The position numbers and the translations under genes were made by a program. The notes beneath the pieces were generated by a model, which worked only from the letters and a program-made list of their open reading frames with translations, had not been told where the DNA came from and did no database searches. Shown piece after piece: positions 1-12,314 of a DNA stretch of 64,000 nt (positions are counted from its first letter, which is position 1; each line of letters starts with the position of its first letter). Origin of the DNA: the human T2T-CHM13v2.0 reference genome, Homo sapiens; NCBI RefSeq assembly GCF_009914755.1, contig NC_060936.1, one strand, 5' to 3'.

Positions 1-546
1 TTTCCAAATAGCATATACCCTCATTAATGAAAGACAAAAACAAAAAAAAACCCTGAAACATTTAAGTAAATTCAACCTTTTATTTGGCTAAAACCTATCT
101 TAAGTACCACTTCTTAAGTACTTTAAGTACTTTTAAGGGTACTTTAGATTTAATCAGAGTTGAGGGATCTCTGCATTTATATCTCCTGGATAGACAATAA
201 GCAATGAGAAGATTAAACGGAAATATAAACAGCCCCTACAAGGTAAGCTTCCTGAAGTGATGGCCAGTGACAGCTTAAGTTAAGGAGAAGAAAGAAAGGC
301 AGAGTATCAGCACCATACAATGGGGGCAAGCAGGGTGGGGACAGAAAGGTAAAAGAATGAAATCCTTAGATCATTTTATATATTTACCATTACATTTTCC
401 TTAATATTGGCTATGCCAACATTACCTTGAGTTAGAAGTTCAGACTGGAGGAGGGAAGAGATGGAGGAGTGATGGGGAGAAATTCTAAGAAAACATGAAG
501 CTCAAGTTTTAGTGAGTCATTAATGTGAATGTGTTAAAAACATTAC

Positions 547-651
547 CTCGGCTCCTTTTTCCAGAAGTAACTCCACACAGTCAGCATCTGACACCATACA
601 GGCACAGTGCAAGGGCTTCAGTGTGCCATGAGTGCAGTTCACATCTGCTCC
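547..651 (-). CDS. ASB8: ASB8 coding exon (ankyrin repeat), 105 nt, phase 0/0; gene continues left of the window
   Basis: Minus strand cccacAG|GGAGCAGAT...GCCGAG|GTaatg; encodes GADVNCTHGTLKPLHCACMVSDADCVELLLEKGAE, an ankyrin repeat continuing the ASB8 N-terminus in frame. Confidence 0.96.
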
Positions 652-1208
652 CTGTGGGCAGAAGACAACTTCAGTCAGTGTGTTCAGCTCTGGCTTGCCC
701 AGCAGGACAGAATTCAGAACTGAGTCCAGGGGACAGAGAGTTCTAACTCTCACTATTTTATAGATACAGTGCTAGTTCCTGTTTCCTTTTCTATTAATAT
801 TATGTCAATGTCCAAACCAAAGGAGTACACTGAAGATGAAGGAAAGGAACTGTTAATTCCTTAGATCAAGTTACTAAGTTTCTCCACAAGGGAGGCTGCC
901 AGATGGTCACCTGGACATCACTGAAGACAATCTTATGTATCAAAGCACTGGAAACCTTATCATCAGGCAGGAAAGCTGGACCAGCAATCCACTTTCTATG
1001 GCCACCATGCTCTGGAAAAGTAGGAAAGTGAGTCTGTCAGACTGAGGCCAGAAATGGCATGCTCTTTTGTCCATTCAACAAATGACCATCATTAATAGTG
1101 GCATCATCTTAACACGGTTTTTCCTTTTTTATAAACATCTTCAAAGTAGCCTCTTAGTATCAGTATTCTTTACCATCTAGCCTTTGCTGGTGCTTCTATT
1201 CAAAATCA

Positions 1209-1582
<374 letters not shown>

Positions 1583-2057
1583 TTACAAGGTTTCTACCGC
1601 GGAGTCTCCTGACACTACTTTTGCTGACAATAAGCTAACACTGCATGACTTTTCCTTCTTCAGTTGTGTCCAATAACTCTGAAGCAGCTACAGAGATCTA
1701 GGCTGTAAATGACGAGCCTGAAGTCTTAGAATATACACAAGTAACCATCTGGATGCATTTTCTGGTGATCAAAAACTGTGTAACTTCTCTTCAACAAGAA
1801 AAATAAATAGAAGAGGATAGTAAAGACCTTCTAGGATACTAGTCACATAACAATTATTGAAGGGCCATGATTAAACATCCGATGGTTAAGGTGTTTTCTT
1901 AAACTATAATTACCATGCATTTTAGAGGTTGATATCCTCTACAGAGCTAGAAGTGGTAGCTGCTTTTAACATAGAATGTAAGTAAAAAATCTCTCCATGT
2001 AATTATTGTAACCCAGGTATGAAGAAAGGCTCACAAGGATTTAAAAACCACCTCTGT

Positions 2058-2362
2058 AGCCAGGCACAGTGGCTTACACCTCTAATCCCACGACTTTGGG
2101 AACCCAAGGCAGGTGGGTTGCTTGAGCATGAGAATTCAAGACCAGCCTGGGAAACATGGTGAAACACCATCTCTACAAAAAATTAAAAAAAAAAAAATTA
2201 GCTGGACATGGGTGGCATGTGCCTGTAGTCCCAGCTACTTGAGGGGGCTGAGGTGGGAGGATCGCTTGAGCCCAGGAGGTCAAGGCTGCAGTAAGCCATG
2301 TTTGTGCCACTGCACTCCAGCCTGGGTGACAAAAGTGAAGCCCTGTCTCAACAAATAAAAAT
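2058..2362 (+). mobile_element. Alu (AluJ-like)
   Basis: Diverged dimer; TSD AAAAACCACCTCTG. Confidence 0.92.
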
Positions 2363-2712
2363 AAAAACCACCTCTGCTTTGCTCACCTCCTCCCTTAATA
2401 AAACATGTATAGAAGACTTTGAGCTCAATGGATTACATATGCATCGTACTCAGATATTTTACAAAGAACATGAGACTAGGGTTATTGAGAACATATTCCA
2501 TGAAGAAAAATATCAGATACACAAAGTGAAAGGGAGAAGGGAAGCGAAGCAAACATAGGGGAAATACATTTTAATGATCAAGTTAATGCAGTTAGCAAAA
2601 TGTAAAAACTCCCTGTGATCTTGGGTTGAGTCAAAGCTGCAAATCTGTGATCCATGAGGATTTTGCCCACTTCATATCGCAAGGACTCTCCTGTCAATAC
2701 CAGCACACTCAC

Positions 2713-2841
2713 CCCTCTGATGAGGTCCTCTACATTATCATGTGGGAAGGAACGGATGGCAGCAATTGTTCGGATTAAGCGCTCGGAGAGAGAGTATTTG
2801 CTCTGAATGCTCTGCATAATATACCACATACTGGAACTCAT
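2713..2841 (-). CDS. ASB8: ASB8 first coding exon (CDS part; exon begins ~2874 in the 5'UTR)
   Basis: ATG at 2841-2839, 43 codons MSSSMWYIMQSIQSKYSLSERLIRTIAAIRSFPHDNVEDLIRG, then donor GGG|GTGAGT; acceptor tttcAG at 2876-2875. Matches the recalled ASB8 N-terminus. Confidence 0.96.
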
Positions 2842-3543
2842 CAAGGCTCAAGGTGTTCACATGCTCCAAACTGCCTGAAACAAAGAAGTTTTCGGCATAT
2901 ACAATATCACTGAGCACACCTGTCTTTAGGGTTAGGTCTTCTCTGAGGCCTTCCCAATGCTAAAAGCAGATTTCAAGGAGTGATTAATACTATTTCCATA
3001 ATCATAAGGAATTGGATTATAATAGTTGCCTAGGGAGTTGGATAAACCTGGACACAAATGTTCTACTCTAACCTAGTCTAGCACGAGATTTCCCCAAGAG
3101 GTACTAAGACCCCCGTGGAGCTCTGTGTGGTTTACAAACGACTAGGCAAGGAATAGGATTTTTAAAAGGCTGAAGAGGTCACAAAACATTATTTTCCTTC
3201 TTTGAATTTTTGTGGTTTTTATGATCAGCACCACCATTAAGTTATTTATAACACTGGGCCTTGCAATATAGTTATGTACATATTGTTTCTCCATCGAAAC
3301 TGTAATCAACTGGAAGGCAAGGACTTTGTCTTCTACTTTTTCACCCATGTAAGGCCAGCCACAGAATCTCACAAAAGGTAGGTATTTAACAAATATTGGT
3401 TGGTCGACTGACTAAACAGTATAGAAGTGATTGTTATGTGTGAAAAGAGAGGAAGAAGGCTATGGAGCAAATATATCTTAATAATGAAAAGTTATCTGAA
3501 ACATTTTCAAATGTGTTCAGAAGAGGAAAAAAAGGAAATATTT

Positions 3544-3845
<302 letters not shown>

Positions 3846-3969
3846 GGAAATATTTGAGGTAGTATTCTAAAATAGGTAAGGAAAGCAAAAGTATAACTAC
3901 CCTGGAGTCATTTATATAAAACTAGGAAAAAATTAAAATTCAGAATAATAAAATGTACTTTCAGTTTTA

Positions 3970-4314
<345 letters not shown>

Positions 4315-4699
4315 TTAATAATTGGCTATTCATGGCAACTGAGAAATAGATTTGGTGAAATATATGTTGAAACCACAATAGGACAGAGTTCTAGGATGGA
4401 AGAAGAAAATAATGCAATATACTTCAATTCAACTTAAAAGGCTTGGCTGTATAAGAGACAAGAGTTAGGGACCATTTAAAATTACAGCCAATAAGGTAGA
4501 ACACTTCTATGAAACAGTACATATCAAAAACAATAGGGAAAATATAATACACAGTATCAGCTCTCTAGGTGCAACTGCTTAGAAATCTGTGTTCTTATTA
4601 TAAGCTCTTTGGGAATAACGATACTGATTTTTTCAATAGTACCTGAACACATGGTAGGTTCTTAACATCTGTTGAACCAATGTAAAGTTTATTACTTTA

Positions 4700-5124
<425 letters not shown>

Positions 5125-5127
5125 TTA

Positions 5128-5423
<296 letters not shown>

Positions 5424-5842
5424 TATTTTTGCTTTTTGTGATTGTGTATCCCTTTATATATTATATACTATAAATTCTGATAGTTTCTATTTTGTGAATC
5501 AGTAGCCATTTATAGTAGATGTAAATTCCATTAAAAGAATGCAAGTAAAAATATTCATATGTATCGATAATTCAAATTAGGTATTTTTCTCCCGTTATCA
5601 TGCACGGATAAGCTGACACACTTGTTTATATGTCTCTATGACATTTTCTAGATAGTTTAGATTTGGCATGTGTTTTAATCTCTCCAGTAGCCACTAAACT
5701 GCTCTGAGACAAGTATCTGTATCTTATAATTTTTTTGTTTCAAGGAAAAAAAAAGACAAGTGCATTTGAGTTGGTAATTCCAAGAATGGCAGCAGAAGAC
5801 AGAGCATCTAAAGCAGGAGGCTTGGACCAAAGTGGTTCTGTT

Positions 5843-5988
5843 GCCTGTAATCCCAGCACTTTGGGAGGCCAAGGCAGGAGGAACTCTTGAACCTGGAAGT
5901 TCAAGACCAGCCTGAGCAACATGGCGAGACGACCCCAAAACCCAATCGTCTCTACAAAAAAATTCAAAAATTAAAATAAATAAATAAA
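5843..5988 (+). mobile_element. Alu left monomer (FLAM-like)
   Basis: GCCTGTAATCCCAGCACTTTGGGAGG...CCAGCCTGAGCAACATG then A-rich tail; no right arm. Confidence 0.8.
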
Positions 5989-6379
5989 GTCGTTTTGTTA
6001 ACCATTTCTGGGCCATGATAATCGGATGAAACTAAATCCTGAACTAATTTCCCGGGCGCTCTTGGGCTCTGGGCTAAGAACTCCTGAGAGTATGGTCAGT
6101 GGTCTGCTGCTGCCTGGAAGCTCCCGGTAAAGGAATGAAACTTCAGGGCAGACAGCATTCACTTCAGGAATGGTCAAGGAAAGCTAAATTCGATCTCACT
6201 AGACAGCAGCCCGTGTAAGGTTTGATCCCCTTGGAAGGCCCTTTCCTCTGCTAGAGCTGAAAGCCCTGTCTCCCTCGTTTTCTTTTGCTACGGGATCCAG
6301 AGAAAACACCAAAGGGCACTTACTGAGAAGCTGAAAAAAAAAAAAAAAAAAAGCAAACTGGAAAAGAGAAGACACAACA

Positions 6380-7140
6380 GCTCTGATGCGAGGGAGGCCT
6401 CGGCCCCGCCCCCTCCCGCCCCGGGAGAACCTTGGCCGAGCCTGCAGCGCCCGTAATCCCCACCGCACCTGCTGCGGGAGGGCCCGCGGCAGCTGTCTCG
6501 CTGAGGCTAGGGGGCGGGGGGCAAGGGCACGAAACGCAAGGACGTGCGGTGTCACTTTCTGCACGGGCTCTAAACAGATCGCAGCAATCCCGGTAGGTCC
6601 GGTACTGAAAGAGAATCACGCAATTTGCGCTGGGGGGCCTCAGACGCGGACCAACCCCCTCTTCGATCTGCCTTCTAAGGCCCGGAAATAAGTCTCAGCC
6701 TCGAGAACTAGAGCACTTCGACCAGGGAGTAGAGGAAGCGTTATTGGGCGTGGTACCCTGGGTTAGGAAACCTGGCTGTAGACCCACTCCAAGGACCGCA
6801 CTCACCGAATTGCTGGGCTGAGGTGGGGGTTGAAAGCCGCTGTCAAGGCGTGACCCGGAAGCAGAAGCTGTCGGGGGCAGGCCCTCTGTTTACCGGACTA
6901 GAAGACCAACTAAGATGGGCGCCTGCGCACTGATGAGTGTTCGTCAGCGGGGCGCGCCTGCGCAGACTTGTGCAGCAGCTTTCGCCCTCCAGAGGCCTAG
7001 TTAGGGGGTTACTTTCTCCTTTTACTCAGAGGCTTTGCGCGCAGGCTCAGTGCAGCGTTCTCGGCCACAGCCGCAGGGTTCGGGTCTTGGTCCTGCAGCG
7101 GGGATAAAAAAGCTCAGGGACCCTGAGTGTTGGGCCGATT
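6380..7140. promoter_or_regulatory. ASB8 CpG-island promoter
   Basis: CpG-rich; two NRF1 motifs GCGCCTGCGCA (6919-6929, 6954-6964), ETS CCGGAAG (~6855-6861), GC boxes (~6404-6420, ~6510-6520). Confidence 0.88.
6806..6890 (-). other. ASB8: ASB8 non-coding exon 1 (TSS position approximate)
   Basis: Consensus donor CG|GTGAGT at 6805-6800 inside the CpG island, just downstream of NRF1/ETS motifs. Confidence 0.75.
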
Positions 7141-7889
7141 CTATATGGTTGCACCTGCGTGGACCAGGCCAGCAGGGGTCCATCCACAATGGTTCAGTTG
7201 CTTAGGAGACTAAACTCTTAGTAGGAAGTGTCTTTGACAAAAATACTTACAGCATTATTCATAATGGTGGAACGAATCTATGCTCCTTAGAACCCTCCTG
7301 TACATGTCCACCCTCCTTCAAGTAAACCATATCAAAGACAAACTCAACCACCCAAGAGGTGTAGTATTCTAAATGTAGAGGAATAAATGACCTTTATAAC
7401 TCTTATTAGGGTTAATGAAACTTCCCGCACAAAAACATGATGACACCTCTGAGTGACAGACTTTCTGTGCAAAGCATAAACATTTTGAAGTCAGCAGCAC
7501 ATGGTGGTGGTGCATGGAAGGAGTGAAGCAGCAGCCCATTTAGGCAGACTGCAAGAGTTGTGGTCTGCCCGGTAGCCTGTTTAACCAGAGTGCCCCACAC
7601 CTACTCCCCAGAGCTTGTTCTAAGCAACCAAATCTAACCAATTAGAGATTTAAAGCAGGCCCAGACAGATCATGTACATCAGTAAGAGGATGGTAAACTG
7701 AAAGTTCATGACCTGGTCTGAGGAGTGGGCCTCCTTTGAGCTCCAGACTCAAAGGAATTTTGCCAGGTAGGAATATGCCCTCCACTTCCTGCCACTGCAC
7801 CATGGTGAGATCGTCCATTTTTCAAAAGAAGCTGAAATACAGATTTTTTTTAAAAAGTGAATTTTTCCAAGTTGCAAATGTTGGCAATG

Positions 7890-8271
<382 letters not shown>

Positions 8272-9118
8272 TGAAGTATATAAATTCTGGGAAACCATCA
8301 GCATCTTACAAATGTAAGAATGAGCGGAGTCTCCCAGGGAGTGATAAAATAGGCTCTCAATACAGGTTATTTTACTTATTTATTGAAAAACTGAGTACAC
8401 TTTTATTTTACTTGGCCTGCAACTCAGTATATGCAGAAAACTACTCTATGTCACACTCATGATCAATATCTTCTTATTTCCATTTGGCATGTCATTGAAA
8501 ACCTAGCCCATCACTTAGCTAAAAATCACATAAGAGACCCCTAGAGAAATCAAACTAACTTTTTTTCCCCCCAAACAATAGATCTCATCTTTATTAGTCA
8601 AATCAGTACCTGCTGATAGGGCAGTGGAGCAAGCCTGACAGTGATATTCATTAACAAAGAAGACAAAACTTATGCTTTCAAGTACAAAGATAAACTTTGA
8701 ATGGCAGAGAGCCTAATCTGACTATCATCAGCCACCAAGAACACAGAAGAGCAAATAACTCAAGAAGAGAGAAGCCAAAGTGCTATAAAAATTATTCTTT
8801 TCTGTGAAATTCAGTTCCACAGCCTGTATGAGCAAGGGTCCAAAACACTGGAGAGCCAATAAAGCTGCTGGGAGGGCCCATTCATAATGGGAGATGCACT
8901 GGCTGTGCCTCCCTTGCTGTGTCCTTCCATGAGCGTCCTCCACTCTTCACTGACTTCATTTAGACTTGGTCCTCTGGTCTCACCACAGCTACCTGGGAGA
9001 CTTTGAGTTGTAATCTTACAGTTTCAAGAGTCTATTTTGACTGAACCCAGGAGTAACATGCCAATCCAAAATAGAAACATTCTCATGGTACAATGGTGCA
9101 AAGGTCATTCTGTAGGTT

Positions 9119-9224
9119 GCATATATATAACATATATATATACACACAATATATATATTACATATGTACTATATATTACAGATATACTATATATATTACA
9201 TATATATACACAATATATATATTT
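9119..9224. repeat. Degenerate (TA)n low-complexity tract
   Basis: Interrupted ATATAT/ATAC repeats. Confidence 0.85.
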
Positions 9225-9244
9225 CTATGGAAGACAAAGCTTCC

Positions 9245-9545
9245 TTTTTTTTTTTTTTTTGAGATGAAGTCTCACTCTGTCACCCAGGCTGGAGTGCAGT
9301 GGCACGATCTCAGCTCACTGCAACCTCCACCCACCTCCCGGGTTCAAGCAATTCTCCTGCCTTGGCCTCCTGAGTAGCTGGGGTTACAGGCGGGCACCAT
9401 CACACCTGGCTAATTTTTGTATTTTTAGTAGAGACAGGGTATCACCATGATGGCCAGGCTGGTGTCGAACTCCTGACCTCAGGTGTTCCACCCACTTCGG
9501 TCTCCAAAAGTGTTGGGATTACAGGCGTGAGCCACCGCGCCTGGC
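9245..9545 (-). mobile_element. Alu (AluS) inserted in the SCO1 pseudogene 3'UTR
   Basis: Antisense dimer; TSD-like GCTTCCTT on both sides. Confidence 0.93.
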
Positions 9546-10521
9546 TGCTTCCTTCCTCTTTAACAAGAGAATATTGCACCCAGCATCACTGCTTTGGCTA
9601 GCTCTTTTTTCCTGTGTGCCCTCATGTGTGCAGCAATTGAACTGGCTAACAATTTCTGCATTCTTCCTGGTCTGGCCAAAATAATCTGGAAACTCACCAT
9701 CTGGCCCAATCAAAGACATTGTTATTGTATGATTCACTAACATGGTCTTCATCTTCATCCTTGGGGCTAGAGCTGTAATATACTCTGTATGCTCTGGCCA
9801 CGTGATTGATCTCTTCTTTCGTGCCAATCAGGCCAACCAGTTTGGGAGAAAATTCTTTCACATAATTTGCAATGGCCTTTTTTATGTCCCTCTCTGGGTC
9901 AATGGTGATGAAAAGTTAAATTTGGCAGAGTTGGAACACTATCTCACCCACAACTTGAATTATTTTTTTCTAGTTCTTCTGGACAGATATCAGTAATGAC
10001 TGAAACCAGAATAAATCAACAGCCACTGACCCAGGTAGTCTTTGTCAGTTTCAGGCTCTCCAAATGTGTTGTGAGGGAAAATGGTCCCCCAGTAAAGGCT
10101 TGTTGATGCTTCACTGCTGTTCCTTCTCTAGCTTCTCTGTCTTTTCTATTTTGAATACTTCACTCCAGGCAGTAAACCTCCTCAGATAGCAAATGTGAAT
10201 GCTAAAGACTTCCAAGAAATAGGCCTGGGCTTCAAGGGGCATGTGCAGTCTCTGCAGTCCTTCTGCTCAGGCCCTGACCACCTCAAGGGTGGTTGGTGGT
10301 ATCACTGCCTGAGGGGCCAGCTTCCCAGGCAGCTATCAGCAAACCCCCAGTCCTGCCACACTTCCTCTTGCATGCAGAATTGCCTTGGCAACACTCTCAC
10401 AGTCTACTTGGCTGGGCCCCAAAGCTCATGTCAGCCAGGCAAGAGACACCAAAGTTGGCCCATACTGATTACTTTGAAGTGCCTCAGAGAATTCAGTGCG
10501 CAACAAAAGTTGGTTTCGGAT

Positions 10522-10660
10522 ACATTCAATCATCCTTTCATCAAACATTTACTGAGCACCTACTTTATTCCAGGCTTTGTGCTCAACTCTCCAGGGAAGA
10601 CAGAAATGAAGACAGACAGTCTCTTATTATCAAGGGTTGGGAGACAGATATGAACATCCT
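10522..10660 (-). mobile_element. L2 3' end fragment
   Basis: ACATTCAATCATCCTTTCATCAAACATTTACTGAGCACCTACT resembles the L2 3' terminus. Confidence 0.6.
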
Positions 10661-11570
10661 CAACTGCAATTAATGATGATTATTTCAACAACATTGTTAT
10701 GTCCAAAGTCAGTGTTGACAAACAGTTCTACCTCATGGTGAGATCAAGAGAGTGAAGGAAGGAAGGGTCTGTGAAGAGACTTCTTGGGGAGAAATTTGTA
10801 TGTGCTGAGTCCCTACTCTCCTCCTACCCAGAGGGAAAGGAAGTACTGATGTTGCCTAAAGAGGGGCTTCTGTGGGACCAGAGAACTTGAAGATTGTTCC
10901 CCATAGTTGTAAAACAAAAACTGCACCAGTGCTTACTTATAAATTAAAGAGGGCTGTAGCCACAAAGTAGAGGTGGCTACATTGGTATCTGTCTGGACAC
11001 CCAGATTCAGGAGGGATGACGAATGTATAAATGTTTTCCTGGACCAGATGTGGGCCACATGGAAGACAGCCAACGTGGGGTTGCCTTCGGTCTATCCAAA
11101 TGGGCTGTCTAGAGGTATAGGGGGACCCGGTGGCTAGAAGCCAGAAATGAACACAGGGATGCTACAATCCACAGTTTGTCACAGTCAACCACTTGCATTG
11201 GTTTTGGCCAAAGGAACTCAAGTAAGAGATCTCTGATGATGGGAATCTGCAAAGAACCTTTTAAAGCAAGCTTTAAGAAAAAGAGTCAGCTTTAACCATG
11301 TGCAAGACCCAGGTAGTACAGACCTACCCTACCAAGAAAGAAAAACCTGCCCTATCTCCTTAGCTTTCCTACCTCCTCCCACTTTTACACAAGCAGGTTC
11401 AATAGCAGTTATCTAGTGGGGGAGGAAGAAAGTTGAGGAGAAAGCTGCAGGCAGCCACCAGCCATATGCCTTACATGGAGGAGGAGGAAAAGCAGTCTTA
11501 GATTAGTACCTTAGAATGAAGACTAAAGTATTGGATTACAGTTTTGAACTGGAAATATTCTAATTACTAA

Positions 11571-11890
<320 letters not shown>

Positions 11891-12018
11891 CGAGACTTTT
11901 TGGTTTAAAGTGACTGTTACTTAAAGGATTGCCAATTATCAAAGAGTGACCAAAAAGTCAGGGGATCTTCCCAATTTTCTATTCAGGAGCAGGAGATTAT
12001 TATCCTCCAATAAAAAAT

Positions 12019-12314
12019 GTTTGTTTGTTTTTTTGAGATGGAGTCTGGCTCTGTCGTCTAGGCTGGAGTGCAGTGGTACCATCTTGGCTCACTGCAACCT
12101 CTGCCTCTCAGGTTCAAGCAATTCTCGAGCCTCTGCCTCCTGAGAAGCTGGGATTACAGGTGCCTGCCACCATGCCCAGCTAATTTTTTGTATTTTTAGT
12201 AGAGACAGGGTTTCACCATGTTGGCCAGGCTGGTCTTGAACTCTTGACCTCAAGTGATCCATGCCTTGGCCTCCCAAAGCGCTAAGGTTACAGGCATGAG
12301 CCACCATGCCCGGC
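12019..12314 (-). mobile_element. Alu (AluS)
   Basis: Antisense dimer. Confidence 0.92.

Larger units (their letters stand above)
8374..10461 (-). pseudogene. Processed pseudogene of SCO1 (cytochrome c oxidase copper chaperone), slightly 5'-truncated, Alu inserted in the 3'UTR
   Basis: Manual minus-strand translation gives [31 protein letters not shown] (GGPFSLTTH at 10090-10064), [12 protein letters not shown] (10046-10011), [58 protein letters not shown] and HRKKS* (TAG 9600-9598). These are collinear with SCO1, intronless, with many stops and frameshifts. AATAAA (8407-8402) is followed 17 nt later by an A-rich remnant; decayed TSD ATACAGGTTATTTT (8360-8373) / ATACTGATTACTTT (10462-10475). 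Confidence 0.92.

Noticed and set aside
99-148. Short degenerate (T)TAAGTAC repeats, superficially array-like
   Set aside because: Four short imperfect units with no regular spacers; simple slippage in intron DNA, not CRISPR-like.
10195-10673. 152-aa and 126-aa plus-strand ORFs
   Set aside because: Antisense to the SCO1 pseudogene 5' end plus L2 sequence; no independent coding evidence.
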